Below are positions 29,226-38,854 of a DNA stretch of 64,000 nt, piece after piece. The stretch is from Candidatus Hadarchaeota archaeon (GTDB taxonomy: Archaea; Hadarchaeota; Hadarchaeia; Hadarchaeales; JAWBSP01). Under the pieces are notes generated by a model. It saw only the letters and a program-made list of their open reading frames with translations, was not told where the DNA came from and made no database searches. The stretch is taken from NCBI GenBank assembly GCA_964474885.1, contig CAYYWO010000001.1:51480-115479 (forward strand). Direction: 5' to 3'. Position 1 is the first letter of the stretch, and each line of letters starts with the position of its first letter. The translations under genes and the position numbers were made by a program.

Positions 29226-29870
29226 TCTCCAGCCGTACTTTCCAACCAAGGGTACGAAAGCGCACCCCCCCTTTTCCTCATATTTTAAGCCACCATTTGT
29301 TTCTTTCTCAATCACAGTCCATGTTTGATGCATGTAGTTAGTTCCTAGAGGCGCCCCCAGCTTTCCGCCAACCGCCAGTTGTTCAATTAACGGTTTTGGT
29401 ATCTGGGGTGCACAGGCGGTCACAAGGATTCGATCCCAAGGTGCCTCTTCTTTGTAGCCTTCCGTTCCGTCTCCGACTATAACTTTCACCCAGTCATATC
29501 CTGTTCGTCTTAGGTTTTCTCTGCCAAAGTTCGCTAGCTCGGGAATTCTCTCTATGCTGACGACTTTTCCCTCTGGCCCCACGAGCTCAGCTAGCAGTGC
29601 GGCATTGTATCCAGATCCAGTTCCGATCTCCAGGACTTTCTGACCTTTCTTGACGTCAAGCGATTCAAGCATGATGGCGATCATGCTAGGGGCAGATATA
29701 GTTTGTCCGTACCCAATCGGTAATGGTTGATCATCGTATGCACTTACCCGGTATTTTTCCCTGACAAATTCTTCTCGGGGGACCTTCAGGAAAGCGTTTA
29801 TGACTTCTCTCGTCTTCAGGTACCCCCACCGTATGAGTGACTCGACAAGCTTCTTTCGTTTTTCTTTCAC
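29205..29870 (-). CDS. pcm: Protein-L-isoaspartate O-methyltransferase
   Basis: [28 protein letters not shown]. Confidence 0.95.
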   Translation of the reverse strand: MKEKRKKLVESLIRWGYLKTREVINAFLKVPREEFVREKYRVSAYDDQPLPIGYGQTISAPSMIAIMLESLDVKKGQKVLEIGTGSGYNAALLAELVGPEGKVVSIERIPELANFGRENLRRTGYDWVKVIVGDGTEGYKEEAPWDRILVTACAPQIPKPLIEQLAVGGKLGAPLGTNYMHQTWTVIEKETNGGLKYEEKGGCAFVPLVGKYGWRSTKPAL

Positions 29871-32578
29871 GATGTCTTACCGACTTTTTGCTGAATAGTG
29901 GTTTCCAATCGCTTCAGGGCTTCGGGAATCAAGCGAGGATCTCCTCCCCCACCTTGTCCAAGCTCCATCTTTCCACCACCTTTTCCACCAATCCAGCTGA
30001 GAAACTGCGAAACGAGATTTCCTGCGTGCATCCCGTCCCCTATTGCTTCGTGTCCACAGGCTGCAACCGCCATTGTTTTTTCTTGGGCTTTTGTGAGGAG
30101 GAGAACTACAGAGGCCGGTTCTAGTTTGGTCATTCTTTGTGCGATCTTAATCAGCTCTTTTGTGCTGAAGTCAAGCTCTTGTGCTATGAGCTTTAATTTT
30201 CCAATTCTCTTTGCCTGTCGGAGTAAAGATGGGGCAATAACATCGGCAACTTTTTCTCTCAGCCTGTCCAGCTCCTTTGTGGTTTCCTTCCACTGCGCGA
30301 ACAGTTTTTGTGCAGCTTGAACAAGTTCGTCTGGCCTGCTTCTGAGGATTTGTGAAGCTTCCTCCATCTGTCTGATTTTTTGCTGCAAGAACTTGATTGC
30401 AGCCTCGCCGGCACAGAATTCTAACCTTTCGACACCATCTTGGATCCGCTCGCTTCTAATGATGCACAAAGGTCCGACCTCACCCGTGGTTCGACAATGC
30501 GTTCCGGCACAAGCTTGGACGTTGAAGTTTTCTATCTCCACAACCCTGATGGTTCTGCCCGGAACCACCCCTCCTTGGTATAATCTGAAACCATGAGCCT
30601 GTTCGGCTCTGTTTCTATCGACCCACCTACACCTGACGGGTAAATTCTTTATGATTATCTGATTGGCTAAGAATTCGATCTTTCTTAATTCATCACCACT
30701 AATCCTCTTGTAGTGGGTGATGTCAAGTCTCGATCGATCAGTGCCTTTCTGGGCACCGTGCTGCCATACATGCTCTCCCAAGACCCTTCTGGCTGCTTCC
30801 AAAAGTATATGTGTTGCAGTATGGTGTCGCATAAGTGATGCTCTCCGTTCCCAGTTGATCTTGCCTCTCACCCTGTCTCCAACTTTGAAGGGGTTGGGCT
30901 TTACATGGTGAAGTATGGCGCCCCCGCTTTTCTGAACATCGATCACCTGACCAGCTTTTTCTCCTGCTCTCAGTTCGCCGGTGTCCGCCGGTTGCCCTCC
31001 GCCCTCAGGATAGAAAGCTGTCTGGTCTAAGACTACCCAGTCATCTTTGACTGCGAGCACCGTCGCCTCGAATTCCTGCATGTAAGGATCTTCATAGTAG
31101 AGAGGTCTTGTGATGAAGTGCTGGCCAGAAGGTATTGTGGAAGGAGTTTCATGCTTTTCGCCCGATGAGTGCAGGCTTGCAAGTCTAATGTAGAAATTTT
31201 CTGGAATCTCCACCTTTATTCCTCTTCTCTTACAGATCTCCTTAACGATTTCAGGAGGGATGCCATGTGAGTCGTACAGCAGAAATAGCTGATCTGAGAT
31301 GTTCAAACCGTCCCTTATCATCCGCTCCACAAGTCTTTCTCCCTTGGACAGGGTTTCCTGATATCTCTTGTGCTCTAGTTCAGATACCGTCAGTATGTAG
31401 CTTCTCCGCTCCCAAAGCTCTGGAAATTGGGATTTGAGAAGTTCGAGTTCATACTCCATTAGCTCCAAAAAGTTGGCATCAATCCCGAGTTCTTTCAACA
31501 GTCGTATGGTTCTTCGCAAAACGAGCCTAGCCAAATAGCCCTCGGCCATGTTGCTGGGTGTTATGCCATCTCCAAACATGAAGGCTAAGCAGCGCAAGTG
31601 ATCTGCCACGGCGTAAACATTTTCTATGGGTCTGAGCAAGTGATCTGTCTCCTCCGGTGTCAATCCAATCTCTCTTGCAACACGTTCACGAAGCCACTTC
31701 AATCCTCTACCTGATTCGACATCCATTGCCCCAGCTAGCTTGGAGCTCGTCTGAAGCACGTGTTTCGCCGGTTTTTTAACCCCTGCCATCTTTTGGATTT
31801 TTTCAACCATGGGACCAAAAATGGCGTCGTACGATGTCGGGTCCCCCCTGGACAACCAAGTCAGTCTCTCCATTCCATAGCCAGTATCGACTATCTGCAG
31901 GGGAAGGATCTGCCGGGATCCATTTTTTATCGCGTACCTCATGAAAACAAGGGTGGCCACTTCCAAGCCTCTTACGTTAACCTCGAAATCCTCTCCCGCG
32001 TTTCCTCCTCCTTCCCAGAAGCCTTCCACGTAGGTTATTTCTTCTGGGGCTATTCCGAGTTTTTCAGTTAAGAATTCATGACAGAATTCAACTGTCTCGT
32101 GGTTCCAGTAGACGGTTTCCTCCTCAGAGTTGAAGGCGTGATGCCCCCCCATGAAAAAAAGAGTGAAGTGCTTTCCGGAGCGTCCGACATTGTCAATGTC
32201 CTTCAGTCTTATGCTCGGCTGACTGATGACTAGGGGATTTGCAGGAGGTGGAACGGAGCCGCTGGTGACCCAGGGCTGAAAGTTTGCAATGGATGCTATA
32301 GTGAGGTAGATGTCATCTCTCCATCTGGCAACTACAGGATACCTACGGAGAACTTTATGTCCTTTCTCTTCAAAGAATTTCAGGAACTCTGACTCCATCT
32401 GAGCTTGGGTGTACTTCCGACGAGTGGGAGGGTTGCCTAAAAAAGCGTATTCATCGCAGGGGCTGTCACCGCAGGTTGTTCGGTCAGGATCAAGAGTCCA
32501 GAAATACCTACCGCATTTCTTACATCTTTTTCTCTGAAATCCCAGCTTCCTCCAGAGTCTGACTTCGTAGATGCCCAT
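29867..32578 (-). CDS. alaS: Alanine--tRNA ligase (archaeal type)
   Basis: RYPVVARWR, TIASI, VDTGYG.ER, editing HHTATH, QACAGTH, GKGGG. Confidence 0.97.
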   Translation of the reverse strand: MGIYEVRLWRKLGFQRKRCKKCGRYFWTLDPDRTTCGDSPCDEYAFLGNPPTRRKYTQAQMESEFLKFFEEKGHKVLRRYPVVARWRDDIYLTIASIANFQPWVTSGSVPPPANPLVISQPSIRLKDIDNVGRSGKHFTLFFMGGHHAFNSEEETVYWNHETVEFCHEFLTEKLGIAPEEITYVEGFWEGGGNAGEDFEVNVRGLEVATLVFMRYAIKNGSRQILPLQIVDTGYGMERLTWLSRGDPTSYDAIFGPMVEKIQKMAGVKKPAKHVLQTSSKLAGAMDVESGRGLKWLRERVAREIGLTPEETDHLLRPIENVYAVADHLRCLAFMFGDGITPSNMAEGYLARLVLRRTIRLLKELGIDANFLELMEYELELLKSQFPELWERRSYILTVSELEHKRYQETLSKGERLVERMIRDGLNISDQLFLLYDSHGIPPEIVKEICKRRGIKVEIPENFYIRLASLHSSGEKHETPSTIPSGQHFITRPLYYEDPYMQEFEATVLAVKDDWVVLDQTAFYPEGGGQPADTGELRAGEKAGQVIDVQKSGGAILHHVKPNPFKVGDRVRGKINWERRASLMRHHTATHILLEAARRVLGEHVWQHGAQKGTDRSRLDITHYKRISGDELRKIEFLANQIIIKNLPVRCRWVDRNRAEQAHGFRLYQGGVVPGRTIRVVEIENFNVQACAGTHCRTTGEVGPLCIIRSERIQDGVERLEFCAGEAAIKFLQQKIRQMEEASQILRSRPDELVQAAQKLFAQWKETTKELDRLREKVADVIAPSLLRQAKRIGKLKLIAQELDFSTKELIKIAQRMTKLEPASVVLLLTKAQEKTMAVAACGHEAIGDGMHAGNLVSQFLSWIGGKGGGKMELGQGGGGDPRLIPEALKRLETTIQQKVGKTS

Positions 32579-32582
32579 CTGA

Positions 32583-34982
32583 TTATAGTCCTCGTTCCCT
32601 AATTTCTAATGCGGTAACTGGTAGCACTGGCTCGACTTGGGTGGGCATGTCCTTTGCCTTGTCTCGGTAAAAGCGGTAGAGGCAAGCTTGAGCTGCAGAT
32701 TCAAGCTCTTCTCTATGCGTTATGAGTATGACTTGCTTGATTTGCTCCGGAAGTTTTTCCCTCAGGAGGGCACAAAATTCGGATATTATGCTCCTGTCTA
32801 GGTTATGGGTGGGCTCGTCGAGAATCATCCACCCTATTCGTGGTGCTAATGCAATAGAAATGGCCATCCTAATTATCAGGCAGGCGCTGGCTCTCTCAGC
32901 TCCGCTAGCGACCCCCTCGATGGGATGCCAGGTCCCGTTCCTGTCTCGGAGTTTGAACACGTAGTTCCCGTCCTCAACTCTCAAGGCAACCGTGGTAAAG
33001 TCACCATAAGGATATACTCCTGACCAGAAGGCATCCATGTACTCGTTGACTGCAGTAACGAAGTCTTCACGAAGAGCCGATTGTGTCTTGACAATGGCCG
33101 ATTGAACTTTAGATAGGAATTCTTGAAGCTCCTGGCGATGTGCTATTTCTCTTTCAAGCCTGTCAAGCTTGTTGACCTTTTGCTGGTATTCATCTGCCAG
33201 TTGCAGATCCTTGCTTAGCAACGCCTGCAGGGATCGTTGTTTGTCCTGTAATTCTCCCAATTTCCTGTTTAGCCGGATTTCCTCTTGACTAAGTAACTGT
33301 AGCCTGTTTTCGTCAAAGAACTTTTTCTTCTCAGCGAGTTCACGATTCACTCTAATGAGTTCAGCTTGTTTTGCTACGAGCAACAGCTTGATTTTTTCGA
33401 GTTCCATTCTGTCGTCAATCTTTCTTTTGAGCTCCTGAAGCTCTTGAAGTGACTTTTGTTCCTGATCCCTTAGTTTTTCGAGCTCCTGTTGCAATTCCTG
33501 AACTGCGTTTTTCAGCTCACCCTCTTCTGGCCCGATCTGTTTGAGTCTCTCTGATATAGCCTCGAAGTCTGCACGGCACTTCTCTAAACCCTCAGCCTGC
33601 ATCCTGAGCTGTTCTATGTTCCGATAGGACTGTCTTAGAAGTTCAAGCTCTTTTTTCAAAAGATCAAGCTGAGCTCTGGTTTGTTCTTCCTCCTTTTCCA
33701 GTTCTGCTAACGTTTGTTTCTTTCGATCTACAAGAGAAGCTTTCTTCTTCTCGTCCAGTGGACTCTCGCAGACTGGGCACACAGCTTCTGCCCGACTGAG
33801 ATCCTTCAAGCTCTTTGAGGTATCTGAGGCCAGGGTGCGAATCCTTGTAAGTTCTTGGGTCTTATCTTGAATATCCTTTTCCAGTCTGCTCAATCTTTCT
33901 TCCACACTGTCCACATTCATTCCTTCGAGGCGCTGGCTTGCCTCCATTTTTTCCTGAATCGATTGTTGAAGCAGGTTCAGCTTCGTTTCCAGTTGGGCCC
34001 GTTCTGTCTTGAGGTACTCTAACCTAGAGTTTTTCGTTTGGAACTCGCCTTGGACCATTTCTTTTTTAGCCTGAATAGCTCGGAGCGAGCTTTCTATAAT
34101 GTCTTTTTGATTTTTCAAAACCTCCAGTGGTATGTTGGCCAAATTCCCAAGCCTCTTCTCCCACCCCTTCTGTTGCTCCATAAGGCCCCGTACCTCAGCT
34201 TGTAACTCGCCATGTTTTTGTTGCAGCTGATTGATTTCTTGCTGAATCGACCTAAGTTTCTCCAACTCATCCCGAATTGCGGAGAGTCTCTGATTGTATT
34301 CATTCAGCTCCCGGGTGGTGGAAGCAATCTGTCCTTGTATTTTCTGAACTTCTTCATTAAGTTCCCGAAGCTTCTCTCTAGGTTTTTCGTTTTTTAGATT
34401 CTCGAGATCACGCTGTCTGCTGTCAATTACCCTCTTCAGATAATTAACTAGGCGGACAGCATTTTTTCTAGCCTGCTCTAGCTGGTCTATACCGAGAATC
34501 TGATCTATCCTTCTTTTTCTATCCTTGTCCACAAGCAAGAGATCCAATTCATCTTGCTCGCTGTAGACAGCTCTAGAATAGAGTTCAAAGTCTATGTTGT
34601 CCAGTACCTTCTGGATTTCCTCTGTGACCTTCCTCGAGCCTTCTGGTACGACGAGCTTCCCTTCTTTCCGGAGCTCGGCTTTTGATCCTCCACCTCTTTC
34701 AATCTGTCTTGTGACGGTGTACTCACAACCGTCAGGTGCGATGAAAGATACCTCAACGGTCGCTCTTTCCGCTTTATCTGGCCTGTTTGTGATCAGATCC
34801 TCCAGCTTTATCTGTCGGCGTTGTACGGCGCTTACTGTTCCGAAAAGAGCAAAAGTTATTGCTTCAACTATTGAACTCTTGCCGCTTCCTGCATGACCCA
34901 CGAGCACGTTGGTGCCTTTTCCAAATTCAATCTCAGTTTTACGATGGGACTTCCAGTTTTCTAGCTTAACTCTTGTGATCAT
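32583..34982 (-). CDS. rad50: Rad50 SMC-like ATPase
   Basis: Walker A GHAGSGKS, coiled coil with a CPVC zinc hook, SGAE signature, LDEPT, ITH. Confidence 0.9.
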   Translation of the reverse strand: MITRVKLENWKSHRKTEIEFGKGTNVLVGHAGSGKSSIVEAITFALFGTVSAVQRRQIKLEDLITNRPDKAERATVEVSFIAPDGCEYTVTRQIERGGGSKAELRKEGKLVVPEGSRKVTEEIQKVLDNIDFELYSRAVYSEQDELDLLLVDKDRKRRIDQILGIDQLEQARKNAVRLVNYLKRVIDSRQRDLENLKNEKPREKLRELNEEVQKIQGQIASTTRELNEYNQRLSAIRDELEKLRSIQQEINQLQQKHGELQAEVRGLMEQQKGWEKRLGNLANIPLEVLKNQKDIIESSLRAIQAKKEMVQGEFQTKNSRLEYLKTERAQLETKLNLLQQSIQEKMEASQRLEGMNVDSVEERLSRLEKDIQDKTQELTRIRTLASDTSKSLKDLSRAEAVCPVCESPLDEKKKASLVDRKKQTLAELEKEEEQTRAQLDLLKKELELLRQSYRNIEQLRMQAEGLEKCRADFEAISERLKQIGPEEGELKNAVQELQQELEKLRDQEQKSLQELQELKRKIDDRMELEKIKLLLVAKQAELIRVNRELAEKKKFFDENRLQLLSQEEIRLNRKLGELQDKQRSLQALLSKDLQLADEYQQKVNKLDRLEREIAHRQELQEFLSKVQSAIVKTQSALREDFVTAVNEYMDAFWSGVYPYGDFTTVALRVEDGNYVFKLRDRNGTWHPIEGVASGAERASACLIIRMAISIALAPRIGWMILDEPTHNLDRSIISEFCALLREKLPEQIKQVILITHREELESAAQACLYRFYRDKAKDMPTQVEPVLPVTALEIRERGL

Positions 34983-36208
34983 GAGCCCAATCGTTCCTCT
35001 ATTATCTTGTCGATCTTTACCTCGGGATCCTCCTCCTCGCTTAGCAGATGGTAGAGTTCGTTTAAAGACAGCGGCATGCTTGTTGTTAACTTCTGCAAGT
35101 AAGCCTCTAAGAGGCGCATTGTTTTTTCCCTCAGTGAGAGTCTACTGCTCTTTAGCTCCCTGATTACCTCAGCCTTTTCGCCGAGAGATCGGGGGACAAG
35201 AGAGCTTTTATCAATCTCTAAGAGCGCGCGGCCAGAGAATTCGTCGATGATCGGTCTGAAGTCCAAGTCGCTCAGAGACAGACCGCGAGCAACAGTGCCC
35301 AGCAACTTGATCTTTATGAGGGGAGACTTGCGTGGGTTCTTTCTAGGTTTCGACAGGATATTTTCCACTACGTCTTTGATAGTTTTGTTTATCTCATCTC
35401 TCTGAGCTTCAGAAAAAGCGACTTTTTCGTAGTAGAAATCTCTAACCGTCTCGAGTTCCACGAATTCGTACGAAATCTTTGAGGAGGAGATATCTATCAG
35501 ATAGAACCCTTTTTCTTTTTCAGTCTCTAGCAACTGTGTTCTGACAGTTGATCCGGGAAAGAGGAGTGGCTTGCCCCTCACGCGAGTCTCGTTTCGCAAG
35601 TGAACATGACCGCAAACGTAAAGATCGAAACCGGGTGGTAAGTCGGAAAGCTGTATCCTAGCCTGCTCCCCCTTTTGGAAGACGAACGGTCCAATCGATT
35701 GGTGAAGAATCAAGATGTTTATGGCATTCTCGACGGGGCGTGGCTTCCAGTATTTAAGCACATCCAAAGCTCGGCTCTCGTTGACATAGCTCATTCCATG
35801 GATAGCGACTTTGCCATCAGGTCCCTCAAAAATAACCTTGCTACAATGGAGATAGACGAGGAAACCGGCTTCATGAAGGACGTGGAAAACGTTGGTGCTA
35901 CCCCTAGACAAGAATTCATGGTTCCCGTGCACAGCGACGACAGGTATACCGGCAAAGTTTTCTTTTGCTTCAGTGCAGGAAAGATTAGAGGATACCTCCT
36001 TTGGTATCCTCAAGATCCGGATGGCCTCTTTCCAGACCTCTAGCGGCGGTCTCTGAATGTTGAATAAGTCACCAGTCAGTAGGATGAGCTCAGCCCCTCT
36101 TTGGATGGCCTTTCTGAACGCCTCCTCCGCCTGTTCGATTGTGTCCCTGTATCTGGGGCTACCATACTTAAAGCCCAAATGAGTATCGGATATCGCAGCA
36201 ATTTTCAT
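34979..36208 (-). CDS. mre11: Mre11 nuclease
   Basis: SDTHLG, GDLF, GNHE, LHQ, GHVH, PGS phosphoesterase motifs; directly upstream of rad50. Confidence 0.9.
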   Translation of the reverse strand: MKIAAISDTHLGFKYGSPRYRDTIEQAEEAFRKAIQRGAELILLTGDLFNIQRPPLEVWKEAIRILRIPKEVSSNLSCTEAKENFAGIPVVAVHGNHEFLSRGSTNVFHVLHEAGFLVYLHCSKVIFEGPDGKVAIHGMSYVNESRALDVLKYWKPRPVENAINILILHQSIGPFVFQKGEQARIQLSDLPPGFDLYVCGHVHLRNETRVRGKPLLFPGSTVRTQLLETEKEKGFYLIDISSSKISYEFVELETVRDFYYEKVAFSEAQRDEINKTIKDVVENILSKPRKNPRKSPLIKIKLLGTVARGLSLSDLDFRPIIDEFSGRALLEIDKSSLVPRSLGEKAEVIRELKSSRLSLREKTMRLLEAYLQKLTTSMPLSLNELYHLLSEEEDPEVKIDKIIEERLGS

Positions 36209-36450
36209 GCCTGAAAACTAGTCTTCTCCTTATTAACTCTATCGTCGGGGCCTCCAAAAGGGAGGGGATGACGAGACACTTCCAGTCACCTCTCTCCCTG
36301 AATTTATGGCGAAATATCGTGATCGCTAGAGATGCCAAAAAGACCTGTGACTCGGCGGAGGCACACGTAACAAGCACAGTATTTCCAGTTCCCATGGGCT
36401 GATGTAGCTTGCAACCGTTCAAGAGCACCCAACAAGGCTCCTGAAGCACA

Positions 36451-36540
36451 ACTAACATCTGTGGAGATGGAGCCTCCTCACTTCAGCCTTGCGCTGGACA
36501 TGCCCCTTTGAAGCAGGAAGCCCCCGGAAGTGAGGTTCAC
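36451..36540 (+). mobile_element. Degenerate IS200/IS605-family (tnpB-type) right-end remnant
   Basis: ACTAACATCTGTGGAGATGGAGCCTC...TGAAGCAGGAAGCCCCC...GTTCAC resembles archaeal tnpB 3'-end/right-end sequences as I recall them; no transposase or tnpB ORF. Confidence 0.55.
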
Positions 36541-36570
36541 GTCAGATTTTTCCCCTGAAGGCATTCATTC

Positions 36571-37764
36571 ATGATGACTCTCGCATGGACAGAAAAGTAC
36601 AGGCCGAAAACCCTACGGGAGATTGCTGGGCAACCAGCAGCAGTGGAGGCAATGACACGATGGGCAAAAGGATGGGAGCGTGGGAAACCAGATAAGCCAG
36701 CCCTCTTGTTGTACGGGCCCCCTGGTACCGGCAAAACTTCAGCTGCACTAGCACTGGCTAGAGACATGCACTGGGACTGTATTGAATTGAACGCGAGTGA
36801 TGAGAGAACCTATCGGGCGATCAAAACGATTGCGGAACGGGCTAGGATGGGTTCCGTTCTGGGAGGTCGGAAGATGATACTCTTGGATGAAGCAGACAAT
36901 GTCTATGGAGTTGAGCGGGGCGGCTACCGAGCTATTTTGGAACTGCTCCAGACGTTCTCCACACCTGTGGTTCTAACTGCAACCAATAACAGGGACATAC
37001 CAGATTCTGTCAGAAGGATGTGCCGTGAGGTCTCCTTCACAAAAGTGAGGGCCACAACTGTTCAGAAGGTCCTTTCCAAGATATGCGAAGCTGAGAAAAT
37101 CCGTCTTCCGGCTGAAACCTTGAAACTGATAGCCGAACGTTGCAAAGGAGATTTGAGAGCCGCAATAAACGACTTACAGGCGACTTGTGCTTTGCCTGAG
37201 TCTAGGGCGCACGTATCGATGCGGGTCAGTGAGATAAATATTTTCCAAGTCCTAGGGGCACTGCTGAAAGCCAGATCCGCCTCGGAAGCGAGGTCTCTCT
37301 TATTTAACTTGGATATGCCTCCCGACGAGGCTTTAAGCTGGATATGCGAGAACATCCCTAGGATGTTGAGAGAAGTGGATGATCTTGCGAGAGTTTATGA
37401 TCATTTGGCCCAGGCAGATCTTTATCGTGCGAGAATTCTCAGACGACAGGCCTATAGGCTCATGAAATATTTGGTCGACTTTATGACGGCAGGAGTTTCT
37501 TTGAGCAGAAGAGGGGACTTCTCATATGTAAAATTTCAGTTCCCCTCCATAGGAATTCTCATGAGTCGAACTAGAGAAGTTAGAAATCTCCGGGACAGTG
37601 TAGCTTTGAAAGTAGCTAAGTATTGTCATACTTCCAGCCGAATTGCTACGAAGCATTTTCTTCCATATCTTCGATACATCGTTCGCTCTTCTCCATCAGT
37701 AGTCGAAAAGTTGCAACTGACTCCTGACGAGCTGAGTTTTCTAGGGGTTAATGAGAATAGTTAA
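36571..37764 (+). CDS. rfcL: Replication factor C large subunit
   Basis: WTEKYRP, GPPGTGKT, ELNASDER, LDEADN, GDLRAAINDLQ, WICEN. Confidence 0.9.
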   Translation: MMTLAWTEKYRPKTLREIAGQPAAVEAMTRWAKGWERGKPDKPALLLYGPPGTGKTSAALALARDMHWDCIELNASDERTYRAIKTIAERARMGSVLGGRKMILLDEADNVYGVERGGYRAILELLQTFSTPVVLTATNNRDIPDSVRRMCREVSFTKVRATTVQKVLSKICEAEKIRLPAETLKLIAERCKGDLRAAINDLQATCALPESRAHVSMRVSEINIFQVLGALLKARSASEARSLLFNLDMPPDEALSWICENIPRMLREVDDLARVYDHLAQADLYRARILRRQAYRLMKYLVDFMTAGVSLSRRGDFSYVKFQFPSIGILMSRTREVRNLRDSVALKVAKYCHTSSRIATKHFLPYLRYIVRSSPSVVEKLQLTPDELSFLGVNENS

Positions 37765-38854
37765 AAGGTTTCAGCTGGGCAGGCTTGTAACACCTGTCCT
37801 TAATCGCCGTCTACCGGTTCACAATTGGTATCTCATGAAAGAGAGCTTCTCGAGGGATCTTGTAGTTATGCTGGTGAATAGCTTTTGGTTATGTAAAGGC
37901 GATAAGGTTTTAGACCCTTTTGTTGGAGCAGGAACTACTTGCCTAACCTGCAAGGAACTTGGTATAGATAGTATCGGTCTTGATGTGCACCCACTCATGC
38001 TCTTCGTTTCTCGGACGAAGACGGCTGATTACTCGCTCCCAGACCTTCAAGAAAGAGCGAGGGAAATATTCTCGGAAAAACCTGGAGAAACCTCCTCTCC
38101 TCCCGATTTGCAGACCTATTTTCCTGCCCGGGTTCTCAATGAGTTATGGTTTTACAGGGCTAGAATCCTTGAGCTGAAGAACCCGGAGCAGGGGTTCTTT
38201 CTCTTAGCTCTCCTCAGGGCCGCAATGGAGTGCTCTCTTATCGAAAAGGACGGGGCGGTACTAAAAATCCTGCATGATAAGCCGGTTCCTAGGTTTCTAG
38301 ATTCTTTTAGACGAATAGTTGGCTGGATGCTGGATGACCTGAAACGCTTTAAGAGCGGAGGGGGGCAAGTGGAAATAAAGGAAAGGGATGCAAGATTGGG
38401 TTTAGACGAAGAGGTAGATGCAGTAATAACTTCTCCACCTTATCTGAACAAAACTGAGTACATAACTGCTTACAAAATTGAGGAAAGAATATGTGCCCTG
38501 CCCTCGAGCAGGCCAGATGCCTTTATTGGCTCTAGGAAACACAAACTCCCCAGCTTTCTGGAAGATGTTTGTCCCGATGAAGCCCCTGAGGTCATCGCCT
38601 ACTTTTCAGATATTTGCGAAGTTCTTGAGAGACTTCATGATGTTTGCAAGGAGGGGTCAAAAGTTGCAATGGTTGCATCGGATGGAGGTTTTAGTGACAG
38701 AGTAGTCCCAGTCTGCTTACCTCTCTGCCGTCTTGCTGAGAAGGTTGGTTTCAGAGCCAAGAAGATGCTGATAGTGAACGAAAGGTACTGCACCACACCT
38801 TCTAGAAGGAAGGTAGGTAAGATGCAAGAAGCGATTCTGATTTTTGAAAAGTAG
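37751..38854 (+). CDS. Orphan amino-DNA methyltransferase (likely m4C)
   Basis: HNWY..KESFS, motif I DPFVGAGTT and motif IV TSPPY; no restriction endonuclease nearby. Confidence 0.8.
   Translation: MRIVKRFQLGRLVTPVLNRRLPVHNWYLMKESFSRDLVVMLVNSFWLCKGDKVLDPFVGAGTTCLTCKELGIDSIGLDVHPLMLFVSRTKTADYSLPDLQERAREIFSEKPGETSSPPDLQTYFPARVLNELWFYRARILELKNPEQGFFLLALLRAAMECSLIEKDGAVLKILHDKPVPRFLDSFRRIVGWMLDDLKRFKSGGGQVEIKERDARLGLDEEVDAVITSPPYLNKTEYITAYKIEERICALPSSRPDAFIGSRKHKLPSFLEDVCPDEAPEVIAYFSDICEVLERLHDVCKEGSKVAMVASDGGFSDRVVPVCLPLCRLAEKVGFRAKKMLIVNERYCTTPSRRKVGKMQEAILIFEK

Noticed and set aside
36168-36458. 96-aa minus-strand ORF upstream of mre11
   Set aside because: No motifs; it overlaps the mre11 start and its likely promoter.
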